A stretch of DNA of 64,000 nucleotides. Origin: Escherichia phage moha. Position 1 is the first letter of the stretch. Each line of letters starts with the position of its first letter. Made by a program: the position numbers and the translations under genes. Positions 8,801 through 16,450 of this stretch are shown one piece after another. The stretch is from the sequence record MN850590.1. One strand, given 5' to 3'. The notes under the pieces are model-generated. The model saw nothing but the letters and a program-made list of their open reading frames with translations. It was not told where the DNA came from and did no database searches.

Positions 8801-9277
8801 ATGAAGGTTAAGATCGCTGATACTGCTCGGTACTCGTTGAAACAAGATCCAGGTCAAATAAAAGAAGACGTTGTTCGACGTTGTAAGGTTGCAGTCTTTG
8901 CAGAGTATGTAGTAGCAAATTGGCTAGACGGATATGTTAATAAAGGTAATGAAGACGTAGAAGACCCGTACACGTATGCATGGGACGTTTTAGCTCATCC
9001 TAAGTACTGTGGTCTACGCGTAGAAGTAAAGACCCATCAGATGGATTCGAAATGGATTTCGGTTACCACAGGATACGGTGGTGATTATCCGGGTGGCAAC
9101 GGAATAAACATAGGGCCCTTCCTTAATCATCGAGTCGCTGACTGTATTATTATATTGAATGTCAAAGAAACCTCACCTGACGTCTTCTCTTATTCTATAA
9201 AGTTTGTGGGAGACCATGAAGACCTAAAGAAAATCGTCCGCAAGAGCAACTACAACGGGTGGTATCTTCATCTTTAA
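8801..9277 (+). CDS. hypothetical protein (T4 denB-position; identity unconfirmed)
   Basis: Listed ORF 8657..9277; N-terminal 48 codons look out-of-frame-like and overlap the upstream ORF, so start placed at ATG 8801 (159 aa). Confidence 0.45.
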   Translation: MKVKIADTARYSLKQDPGQIKEDVVRRCKVAVFAEYVVANWLDGYVNKGNEDVEDPYTYAWDVLAHPKYCGLRVEVKTHQMDSKWISVTTGYGGDYPGGNGINIGPFLNHRVADCIIILNVKETSPDVFSYSIKFVGDHEDLKKIVRKSNYNGWYLHL

Positions 9278-9289
9278 TTTCATAAAAGT

Positions 9290-9319
9290 GTTTACAACTA
9301 AGTAGGACTATGATATATT
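9290..9319 (+). promoter_or_regulatory. early promoter: -35 GTTTAC, -10 TGaTATATT
   Basis: GTTTAC 9290-9295, TATATT 9314-9319; palindrome TAGGACTA/TAGTCCTA 9303-9326. Confidence 0.5.
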
Positions 9320-9345
9320 AGTCCTATCTAAAAGAGGATAACATC

Positions 9346-9609
9346 ATGAAATTTAAATTTTTCTACGCAAAACATAAAGTAACAGGCGAATTTGTTTCAA
9401 TGTACAACACTGCAGATGACGAAGGGATGATTTATACCCATTTGGGTCTATCTCATTGGGACTCAGACGTGCCTTATATGTCATCTGAAGCCGAAATAAC
9501 TCGTTTAGTTAACGGACATATGAACGACCATTTTAGTGTTATTCTTTCTAAAGACCTTAAAGAGGTTATCAACAAAGGATATATGGAACTTGCGGAAGTT
9601 GAGATATGA
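9346..9609 (+). CDS. hypothetical protein
   Basis: 87 aa ORF with GAGGA RBS downstream of early promoter. Confidence 0.55.
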   Translation: MKFKFFYAKHKVTGEFVSMYNTADDEGMIYTHLGLSHWDSDVPYMSSEAEITRLVNGHMNDHFSVILSKDLKEVINKGYMELAEVEI

Positions 9610-9692
9610 GCTCTAAAATGTGGATCGGAATATGGTTGCTTAGTATCCCTATGATTTGTATAATATTTTCAATTGCATTGAGGTACTTATGA
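9606..9692 (+). CDS. hydrophobic micro-protein (28 aa)
   Basis: ATGA start/stop overlap with upstream ORF; MSSKMWIGIWLLSIPMICIIFSIALRYL is a plausible single TM helix; below ORF-track cutoff. Confidence 0.35.
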   Translation: MSSKMWIGIWLLSIPMICIIFSIALRYL

Positions 9693-9796
9693 AAAATGCA
9701 CTTATTGTATTAAGAACAATTTGTGATACGGGTTTTTACATTGCATGTTCGTTCACTGGAACATGGATGGCTTTAACATATTTTAATGTAATTTAA
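9689..9796 (+). CDS. hydrophobic micro-protein (35 aa)
   Basis: ATGA overlap with preceding micro-ORF; MKNALIVLRTICDTGFYIACSFTGTWMALTYFNVI. Confidence 0.3.
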   Translation: MKNALIVLRTICDTGFYIACSFTGTWMALTYFNVI

Positions 9797-9798
9797 TT

Positions 9799-9828
9799 GT
9801 TTACATCACGGTAGGATTATGGTATAGT
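9799..9828 (+). promoter_or_regulatory. early promoter: -35 GTTTAC, -10 TGgTATAGT
   Basis: GTTTAC 9799-9804, TATAGT 9823-9828; palindrome GTAGGA/TCCTAC 9811-9836. Confidence 0.5.
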
Positions 9829-9856
9829 AGTCCTACTGAAACATGAGGAACACAAA

Positions 9857-10057
9857 ATGGCTAAGCTTTTTAAAGATGTTGAAATTGGTGAAAAATTTGT
9901 TCTGAATAATGGTCAGCAGCTTATTCGTGTAGCTTCTATCGCCGGACAAACTCATAACTGTATCGCCCCAACGTGTTGGACTCGATTCTTTATTGAAGAT
10001 GACACTGAATGTTTAACTGTTGAAGAGCTTTTTGAACGTTCTGATATGACCGAATAA
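9857..10057 (+). CDS. hypothetical protein
   Basis: 66 aa ORF with GAGGAA RBS after early promoter. Confidence 0.55.
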   Translation: MAKLFKDVEIGEKFVLNNGQQLIRVASIAGQTHNCIAPTCWTRFFIEDDTECLTVEELFERSDMTE

Positions 10058-10060
10058 AAT

Positions 10061-10089
10061 TGTACAAACTCTTGAGAGCAGAGTATAAT
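10061..10089 (+). promoter_or_regulatory. early promoter: -35 TGTACA, -10 TATAAT
   Basis: TATAAT 10084-10089; palindrome GAGAGCA/TGCTCTC 10074-10095; upstream of ndd. Confidence 0.5.
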
Positions 10090-10133
10090 GCTCTCATGGA
10101 TTACAAAAACATTAATCAATTGAGGAAATTAGC

Positions 10134-10580
10134 ATGTCCAAATATTTAACTCGTAAAGACCTTCTGGCAGTTGGCGGTGAAGTTGTTGCAGTAGTTCGTA
10201 ATGGCGAATACGGTTCTGAAGTTTCTAAAGAGTTTCGTTCTCGTGAAGGTTTTTACTTCTTCGTTAAAGGTTCATCTGATTGGCGACAAGTAGCAGCACG
10301 ATTCTTTGTAGGACGTCAACGTTCTAAACAAGGGTTGGATGCAATTCTTTCTCACATTCGTCAAGGCCGTTCGCAACTAGCCCGTACCATGGGCACTAAC
10401 AATATTGAATATGATGTAATCTTTGTTGCAGCTAAGAACATGAAACCACTGACCACTGGTTATGGTAAAGGTCAATTGGCTCTGGCATTCACTCGCAATC
10501 ATACATCAGAATATCAAACACTCACCGAAATGAACCGTCTTCTGGCCGATAATTTCAAATTCATTCTGCAGAGTTACTAA
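10134..10580 (+). CDS. ndd: nucleoid disruption protein Ndd
   Basis: 148 aa; strong recalled similarity to T4 Ndd ([11 protein letters not shown]...[14 protein letters not shown]...LADNFKF); position between rIIB and 52. Confidence 0.85.
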   Translation: MSKYLTRKDLLAVGGEVVAVVRNGEYGSEVSKEFRSREGFYFFVKGSSDWRQVAARFFVGRQRSKQGLDAILSHIRQGRSQLARTMGTNNIEYDVIFVAAKNMKPLTTGYGKGQLALAFTRNHTSEYQTLTEMNRLLADNFKFILQSY

Positions 10581-10632
10581 TTTATACGGACCTATTAAGT
10601 TGGGCCTTTAATTTATTTTTGAGGTAATTAAA

Positions 10633-10779
10633 ATGGTAGCATGGATTATTGCATTGCTGTGTTGGTCGTTTTTATTCGTTAACACTTTAGTTACGGGCGA
10701 AACAACAGTATTTCAACAGGCCGTATCACAAGGTACCTTAGCGGTCTTAGCTCTTATTAACGTGTTAAAAGGCGAGTAA
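10633..10779 (+). CDS. small membrane protein (T4 ac-position)
   Basis: 48-codon ORF, hydrophobic (MVAWIIALLCWSFLFVNTLV...); not in ORF track. Confidence 0.35.
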   Translation: MVAWIIALLCWSFLFVNTLVTGETTVFQQAVSQGTLAVLALINVLKGE

Positions 10780-10920
10780 TGATTAAGAAAATCTTAGCAG
10801 GAGCCTTCGGGCTCTTGTTGTTGCTTACGGTTCTGTACTACGGTGTGATGTTTGGACTAATCCAAGTAGTGCTTTTCATTTCAGATGTTATAATGGTTAT
10901 TCGTTCATTAATATGGTGAA
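10780..10920 (+). CDS. small membrane protein
   Basis: 46-codon ORF immediately following, hydrophobic (MIKKILAGAFGLLLLLTVLYYGVMFGL...); ends 3 nt before gene 52. Confidence 0.35.
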
Positions 10921-10923
10921 AAT

Positions 10924-12249
10924 ATGCAATTGAATTCTCGTAATCTAAAAAGTATTATTGATAACGAAGCCTTAGCATATGCGATGTACACCGTTGAAAA
11001 CCGTGCAATCCCAAACATGATTGATGGATTTAAGCCGGTTCAACGTTTTGTGGTCCATCGTGCGTTAGATTTGGCTCGTGGTAATAAAGAAAAATTTCAT
11101 AAACTTGCGTCAATTGCAGGCGGTGTTGCAGATTTAGGTTATCACCATGGTGAATCTTCTGCACAAGATGCAGGTGCATTGATGGCTAACACATGGAACA
11201 ACAACTATCCACTGTTAGATGGCCAAGGCAACTTTGGTTCTAGAACAGTCCAAAAAGCTGCAGCATCTCGTTATATTTTTGCTCGTGTAAGTAAAAATTT
11301 CTATAACGTATATAAAGATACTGAATATGCTCCAGCTCATGAAGATAAAGAACACATTCCACCAAAATTTTATCTTCCTATTATTCCGACAGTTCTTTTG
11401 AATGGCGTCTCTGGTATTGCAACCGGTTACGCAACAAATATTCTGCCTCATAGTTTTAAATCAGTCAAAAAGGCTGTATTACAAGCTCTTCAAGGTAAAA
11501 ATGTCACTAAGCCAAAAGTTGAATTCCCGGAATTCCATGGCGAAGTACATGAAGTTGATGGGCGTTATGAGATTCACGGAACATATAAGTTCACATCTCG
11601 CACTCAAATGCAGATAACTGAAATCCCATATAAATTCGACCGTGAAACGTATGTGAGTAAGGTTCTTGACCCATTAGAAGATAAAGGTCTAATCTCATGG
11701 GAAGATGATTGTGGTGAACACGGCTTTGGGTTTAAGGTGAAGTTCCGTAAAGAGTACTCGCTTCCAGATGACGAAGAGCTACGTCATGAAAAAATCATGA
11801 AAGATTTTAGTCTCATCGAACGTCGTTCACAAAACATCACAGTGATTAATGAAAAGGGTAAATTAGCGGTCTACGATAATGTAGTAGACTTAATCAAAGA
11901 TTTTGTTGAAGTCCGTAAGACTTACGTTCAGAAACGTATTGACAACAAAATCCTTGAATCTGAAAAAGCATTTAAACTGGCTTTTGCTAAGGCGCACTTC
12001 ATCAAAAAAGTTATCAACGGTGAAATTGTGATTCAGGGCAAGACTCGTAAAGCTTTGACTGAAGAGCTAGCACAAATCGAAATGTATAAAGAACATGTCG
12101 ATAAACTGGTAGGTCTTAACATCTTCCATATCACTTCCGACGAAGCACGTAAACTAGCAGAAGAAGCTAAAGCTAAGAAAGAAGAAAATGAGTATTGGAA
12201 GTCTACTGATGTTGTGACAGAGTACACTAAAGACTTGGAGGCACTTTGA
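10924..12249 (+). CDS. 52: DNA topoisomerase II medium (GyrA-like) subunit
   Basis: 441 aa (T4 gp52 442 aa); GyrA-like N-terminal motif RAIPNMIDGFKPVQRF. Confidence 0.9.
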   Translation: MQLNSRNLKSIIDNEALAYAMYTVENRAIPNMIDGFKPVQRFVVHRALDLARGNKEKFHKLASIAGGVADLGYHHGESSAQDAGALMANTWNNNYPLLDGQGNFGSRTVQKAAASRYIFARVSKNFYNVYKDTEYAPAHEDKEHIPPKFYLPIIPTVLLNGVSGIATGYATNILPHSFKSVKKAVLQALQGKNVTKPKVEFPEFHGEVHEVDGRYEIHGTYKFTSRTQMQITEIPYKFDRETYVSKVLDPLEDKGLISWEDDCGEHGFGFKVKFRKEYSLPDDEELRHEKIMKDFSLIERRSQNITVINEKGKLAVYDNVVDLIKDFVEVRKTYVQKRIDNKILESEKAFKLAFAKAHFIKKVINGEIVIQGKTRKALTEELAQIEMYKEHVDKLVGLNIFHITSDEARKLAEEAKAKKEENEYWKSTDVVTEYTKDLEAL

Positions 12250-12326
12250 GTGCCCTAGCCTTAGGATTTCTCGGTGCAATAGCTGTACTAGTGATTTGGC
12301 TGTATTGGTTGGACAAACATGATTAG

Positions 12327-12347
12327 GGAGCTTCGGCTCCTTTTTTG
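12327..12347 (+). terminator. intrinsic terminator after gene 52
   Basis: GGAGC-TTCG-GCTCC then TTTTTTG. Confidence 0.65.
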
Positions 12348-12367
12348 TGCATTTTTCTCACAAAACA

Positions 12368-12396
12368 GTTTACATGTGCTTCAAACATGATATTAT
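12368..12396 (+). promoter_or_regulatory. early promoter upstream of motA: -35 GTTTAC, -10 TGaTATTAT
   Basis: GTTTAC 12368-12373, TATTAT 12391-12396. Confidence 0.5.
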
Positions 12397-12435
12397 AGAC
12401 CTATCAAAACAAAACAACCAAATTGGAGAAATAAA

Positions 12436-13068
12436 ATGTCTAAAGTTACTTACATCATCAAAGCTTCTGAAAACGCTCTGAATGAAAAAACTGCTGCAAT
12501 AATGGTTTATATCATTAAGAACAACTTCACCACTGCTGCCAATGTCCGTGAAGCTCTGGAAGCGGAATACAATGCATCAGTTGTTAACTCTAACATTGGT
12601 GTATTGATTAAGAAAGGTTTAGTCGAAAAATCCGGTGATGGACTTATAGCAACAGGCGAAGCAATGGATATTATCCAAAAAGCTGCAGACCTATTTGCTC
12701 AAGAAAATGCTCCAGAACTTCTTCAGAAACGTAACACCAGAAAAGCACGTGGAGTTACTCCTGAAATGCATGAACTAGCAAACTTTGTTTTTGAAAATAT
12801 TAAAGATAAAGTTGAAGTTAAAGAAATTGGTGAAAACCGTAGTAACTTAGAAGTTCGATTTGCAAAACGAGTTCTAGGTATTCGTCAGATCGAAATTCGT
12901 CGAGATGGCGCTCTTAGAATCTTTGCATACAACATGTCAGAAACTGAATCAAAACTGTTTACTTCTCTTGAAAATGATGTTAAGATTAAGATCGGTGGTA
13001 AATATACTTACATTGACTTCCCTAATGTGTCCAAAGAAATCATTACCCTTGTAACTAACGTACTGTGA
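12436..13068 (+). CDS. motA: middle-transcription activator MotA
   Basis: 210 aa (T4 MotA 211 aa); N-terminus MSKVTYIIKAS and NIGVLIKKGLVEKSGDGLI match recalled T4 MotA. Confidence 0.9.
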   Translation: MSKVTYIIKASENALNEKTAAIMVYIIKNNFTTAANVREALEAEYNASVVNSNIGVLIKKGLVEKSGDGLIATGEAMDIIQKAADLFAQENAPELLQKRNTRKARGVTPEMHELANFVFENIKDKVEVKEIGENRSNLEVRFAKRVLGIRQIEIRRDGALRIFAYNMSETESKLFTSLENDVKIKIGGKYTYIDFPNVSKEIITLVTNVL

Positions 13069-13078
13069 GGAATACATA

Positions 13079-13408
13079 ATGAATAAGCTGAATATTATTA
13101 ACGAACTTCGTAAATGTGCAGAACCTACTCAGGAAGGATGGGATATTTGGTACCACGGGGCTTATTTAGGGACAATTGTAAAGATTAAAGCAGGCCAATA
13201 TACGGTTATTCGTGAAAATAATGACGCGCCATTTGGCCTTCGTAAAAACTACATGGCCGCGATCAGTTCATTTGTTGATGCAGCTTATGAAATCTATAAA
13301 GAAGATTATAAAGAATATCAGCAGTCACAACCGGTTATTCGTTCAATTGGTGTTAACAAAGCTCAGCAGAAAACTTTGTGGCAACGTATTAAAGGATGGT
13401 TTAAATGA
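13079..13408 (+). CDS. hypothetical protein (motA.1-position)
   Basis: 109 aa ORF, translationally coupled chain. Confidence 0.5.
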   Translation: MNKLNIINELRKCAEPTQEGWDIWYHGAYLGTIVKIKAGQYTVIRENNDAPFGLRKNYMAAISSFVDAAYEIYKEDYKEYQQSQPVIRSIGVNKAQQKTLWQRIKGWFK

Positions 13409-13866
13409 AAACTTTTAAAGAACGTTTAGCTCTGTTAGATAAAGCTTTGTCGCGTGAGACTCCGGAAAGTCTGGCTGCTAAATTAGCTTCTTACGGTGGT
13501 GAATATACAGAACAAAATGTTTTAGATGAAGTTCCTGAAATCTGTTGGCAGACTCTGTATTGGGATGAAAACCAAAAGTATCAACGACGAATTGTCTGCG
13601 CAGCCAACCGTTTTAAATTAAAAGATGGACGAACTCTTATTATTCCAGGTGCTCGTCATTATTCTAAAGATATGGCAGAAGTTTTAGATGTAGTTAAACC
13701 TCAATTAGTTACTCAACAAGTTTGTGATGATGACCAAGGGTTTATTGACCAGTATAGTAATTATTGGACACGTGAAGAAGCAATGATTATTGCAACTTAC
13801 GCTGGACAAGTACGTATTGAACGTGGTGGTAATGAAAAAGAACTTTACTCTGAGGACCTTTACTAA
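13405..13866 (+). CDS. hypothetical protein
   Basis: 153 aa ORF, ATGA overlap with upstream ORF. Confidence 0.55.
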   Translation: MKTFKERLALLDKALSRETPESLAAKLASYGGEYTEQNVLDEVPEICWQTLYWDENQKYQRRIVCAANRFKLKDGRTLIIPGARHYSKDMAEVLDVVKPQLVTQQVCDDDQGFIDQYSNYWTREEAMIIATYAGQVRIERGGNEKELYSEDLY

Positions 13867-14147
13867 TGAATCTTAAACAACTCCAGATTGATGCTATTGA
13901 AGCCCACATTAATCATATCAAACGCCTGAATGCTATGATGGAAGAAAATTATGGTATGTATGCTAATCAGCCTGGTTGGGATGCTTTAGACCATCCTTAT
14001 TTGGTTAATTTATGTAAAGGTGATACGTTAGCAATTATTCGTGATGGGTTAAAACCTTTCTTGCGCGACATGTATATTAAAATGAACGAAGAAATTATTA
14101 GCTCGTTTCAATATCAATTAAGGAAATTAGACGATGAGAATAATTGA
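13866..14147 (+). CDS. hypothetical protein
   Basis: 93 aa ORF, overlapping start/stop. Confidence 0.5.
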   Translation: MNLKQLQIDAIEAHINHIKRLNAMMEENYGMYANQPGWDALDHPYLVNLCKGDTLAIIRDGLKPFLRDMYIKMNEEIISSFQYQLRKLDDENN

Positions 14148-14358
14148 TTCTAAAGCAGATTATTTTAATTCTGTTAATGATAAGAATAAAGCTTTAATTC
14201 GTCACTTTATTACTGAGATGGGATATACTGACTCTAAAGATTTGAAAGAGCACATTATCGAATGTTCTGTGGCTAAAAAGTTTTCTTTCACAGACAAATG
14301 TTTAAATGAGGTTATAAATCATTATGAACAATCTTGTAGCAAAACACGATTTCAATAA
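14134..14358 (+). CDS. hypothetical protein
   Basis: 74 aa ORF. Confidence 0.45.
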   Translation: MRIIDSKADYFNSVNDKNKALIRHFITEMGYTDSKDLKEHIIECSVAKKFSFTDKCLNEVINHYEQSCSKTRFQ

Positions 14359-14432
14359 GGCTTCTGTCCATAAGGACAAAAAGAAATCAGAACTTCAATC
14401 TAAACGTAAACAAAAACATAAGGGTAAAGACT

Positions 14433-14732
14433 ATGCTTACTAAAATCAAAGAAAATCCTGCCACTGAACTTGTTATTCGATGTGAAGAACTTGCAGAGCT
14501 TTATCAGGTTAACCGAGAAGTGTGTCGTAGTGTTATCGTAGATATGGAAGATGAAGTCTGTTCTCGTATTCCTTTTAGTGTCGATTTCAATCACATGAAG
14601 CCCGGTGAAATCACTATCGTCTTTGGTTCTGACTATACTGAAGAACGGGCTCTTAACGTCCTAGAATATGAAATGTCGTTTTTCGACATACAGGACTATA
14701 TTGATAGTTATAAGGAACGATATGAGTCATAA
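14433..14732 (+). CDS. acidic small protein (possible Arn-like DNA mimic)
   Basis: 99 aa, strongly acidic; position near asiA where T4 carries arn; assignment tentative. Confidence 0.45.
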   Translation: MLTKIKENPATELVIRCEELAELYQVNREVCRSVIVDMEDEVCSRIPFSVDFNHMKPGEITIVFGSDYTEERALNVLEYEMSFFDIQDYIDSYKERYES

Positions 14733-14883
14733 TCTTCAGAACGTAGTAGAGGCCGAACGTGAGCGTGAGGCTTTAGTCTATAATGAACTATTAGTTCAAT
14801 TCTTGGTCTTACACTCGTATGAACAGGAAGACTATACCAATTACGTTAAAAGCGTAGAAAAAGCCGTTTACAATCAACACTGA
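14722..14883 (+). CDS. hypothetical small protein
   Basis: Listed ORF 14668..14883; internal ATG 14722 avoids the long overlap with the upstream ORF. Confidence 0.35.
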   Translation: MSHNLQNVVEAEREREALVYNELLVQFLVLHSYEQEDYTNYVKSVEKAVYNQH

Positions 14884-14929
14884 TAATGGTACTATATCCA
14901 TATCAACTAAGTGGAATGAATAAAACGTT

Positions 14930-15202
14930 ATGAATAAAGATATTGAAATCGTACGTGAAATTATTACTATTGCTTCTATTTTGATTAAATTCTCTAGGGA
15001 AGATATTGTTGAAGACCGAGCAAGTTTCATCGGATTCTTGAATGAGATTGGAATTAAAAAAGATGGTCGGCAGCTAAATCAGAATTCGTTCAGAAAACTA
15101 ATTACAAATTTAACTGCCGAAGAAAAGAAAACACTGATTAGTGAATTCAATGAAGGTTTTGAAAATATTTATCGTCATTTAGCGATGTATTCTAACAACT
15201 AA
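14930..15202 (+). CDS. asiA: anti-sigma70 factor AsiA
   Basis: 90 aa; near-identity over recalled T4 AsiA (VREIIT.ASILIKFSREDIVE.RA.FI.FLNEIG...LNQNSFRK). Confidence 0.9.
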   Translation: MNKDIEIVREIITIASILIKFSREDIVEDRASFIGFLNEIGIKKDGRQLNQNSFRKLITNLTAEEKKTLISEFNEGFENIYRHLAMYSNN

Positions 15203-15862
15203 TTATTTAGCCCTTCCTAGTATTCGGACCGCTTGGTTGCATATAGCCGCTAAGCGATCTTCCTCAAGTATATTATTCCCCTTATACCAATACATCGTCA
15301 CAGTTCCAGCATAGATGTTATCCAAATTAAAGTATGGACAACTATACATATAAGAAAGTTCGGCAGTCTTAGATTTTGTAGGCAAAAATGCAAATTCTGA
15401 TTTAGATGAGAAATGACGGCCACTTAAATGAATTATATATTCATTGGCCGTTTTATCCACCGGGAATCCGCCAAGGGACTTTTCAGAAATTGTGCTAGGT
15501 AGTTTGCCTTCATAAGCTATAAGGTCGACAAAATAATTTAAGTTTTTAGGTCTGAAAGAATACACAGCACTAAAATCTGCACCAGATGAGATATGAACTA
15601 TTTGCAGTTGTTCTAGAGCCGCAGATTCAAAACGTAAAGCTCGTTCTTTTTGGATTATTTCAGTATAAGTATCATACTTAGCTCTTACATAATAATCCAG
15701 CAAAATACTTCCTTTGTACCATATTAGTGCCATTAGGAACAAAAGAATAATTACCGCTACTCGGGACATTAAAACCTTTCCAGTAGCGTTATCTTTGAAA
15801 ATACGATCTAGCAACCCAAATAGAATATCACTAGGCGAAAATGACACTTTTGGTGTTGCCAT
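15203..15862 (-). CDS. t: holin T
   Basis: 219 aa (T4 T 218 aa); N-terminal FSPSDILFG..LDR.FKDNATGKVL and C-terminus match recalled T4 holin. Confidence 0.9.
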   Translation of the reverse strand: MATPKVSFSPSDILFGLLDRIFKDNATGKVLMSRVAVIILLFLMALIWYKGSILLDYYVRAKYDTYTEIIQKERALRFESAALEQLQIVHISSGADFSAVYSFRPKNLNYFVDLIAYEGKLPSTISEKSLGGFPVDKTANEYIIHLSGRHFSSKSEFAFLPTKSKTAELSYMYSCPYFNLDNIYAGTVTMYWYKGNNILEEDRLAAICNQAVRILGRAK

Positions 15863-15871
15863 AATACCTCC

Positions 15872-16423
15872 TTACTTAAAGATATTTATAATCGCTTTGA
15901 TAATAGATTTGTTTTCAAGGTCAGGGAATTTAGGGAATTCACCGCCAAGATGTTCATGTTTTTCTAAAAGGGCAAAGAATTTTTTGAGCTCTTTAAATTT
16001 TCGTTTTTCTTCTCTATTAGCAACCTCTGCGTCAATAAGAGAACTTAAAACACTGAATAATTTATAGAGTTCATGAATTTTCTTATCACGTTGAACTACG
16101 CGTTTATATGCTTCATCTTCCTTCCACCCGTCACCGGTCCAAATGTCAAATTCACCAGGTTCTTCTGTAGTAACATTTTGAAGAGCACCTGGAGTGTCAA
16201 TAACAATTTTTTGCTTATCATAAGTCCATACTGTTTTTCCACGATGGTCTTCAACATACACCCATTCTTGTTCGCGTTCATCAAATAAAACAGCATAGCC
16301 TTCTTTAGGGTCTAAAGGTTTTTTAGATGTCGAGTGAGCTGGAAGACCCATACCTTTAATCGGTTTGTAATTTTCTTCTTTGTAAAATTCTTTAGTGTCA
16401 AAATAATAATGATATATTTTCAT
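15872..16423 (-). CDS. 38: tail-fibre assembly chaperone gp38 (T4-type, not T2-type adhesin)
   Basis: 183 aa; N-terminus MKIYHYYFDTKEFYKEENYKP matches T4 gp38. Confidence 0.85.
   Translation of the reverse strand: MKIYHYYFDTKEFYKEENYKPIKGMGLPAHSTSKKPLDPKEGYAVLFDEREQEWVYVEDHRGKTVWTYDKQKIVIDTPGALQNVTTEEPGEFDIWTGDGWKEDEAYKRVVQRDKKIHELYKLFSVLSSLIDAEVANREEKRKFKELKKFFALLEKHEHLGGEFPKFPDLENKSIIKAIINIFK
15883..15890 (-). promoter_or_regulatory. late promoter for holin t, embedded in 3' end of gene 38
   Basis: tatttata on + strand inside last codons of gene 38; GGAGG RBS of t follows. Confidence 0.45.
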
Positions 16424-16450
16424 ATTTAGAAGGGGCCGAAGCCCCTCTCC

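Noticed and set aside
12377-12383. MotA-box-like TGCTTCA upstream of motA
   Set aside because: Only 7 nt from the -10 hexamer, incompatible with middle-promoter geometry; the surrounding element is an early promoter
15714-16423. + strand ORFs 15714..16067 and 16073..16288 across holin t and gene 38
   Set aside because: Antisense to two well-supported genes; spurious
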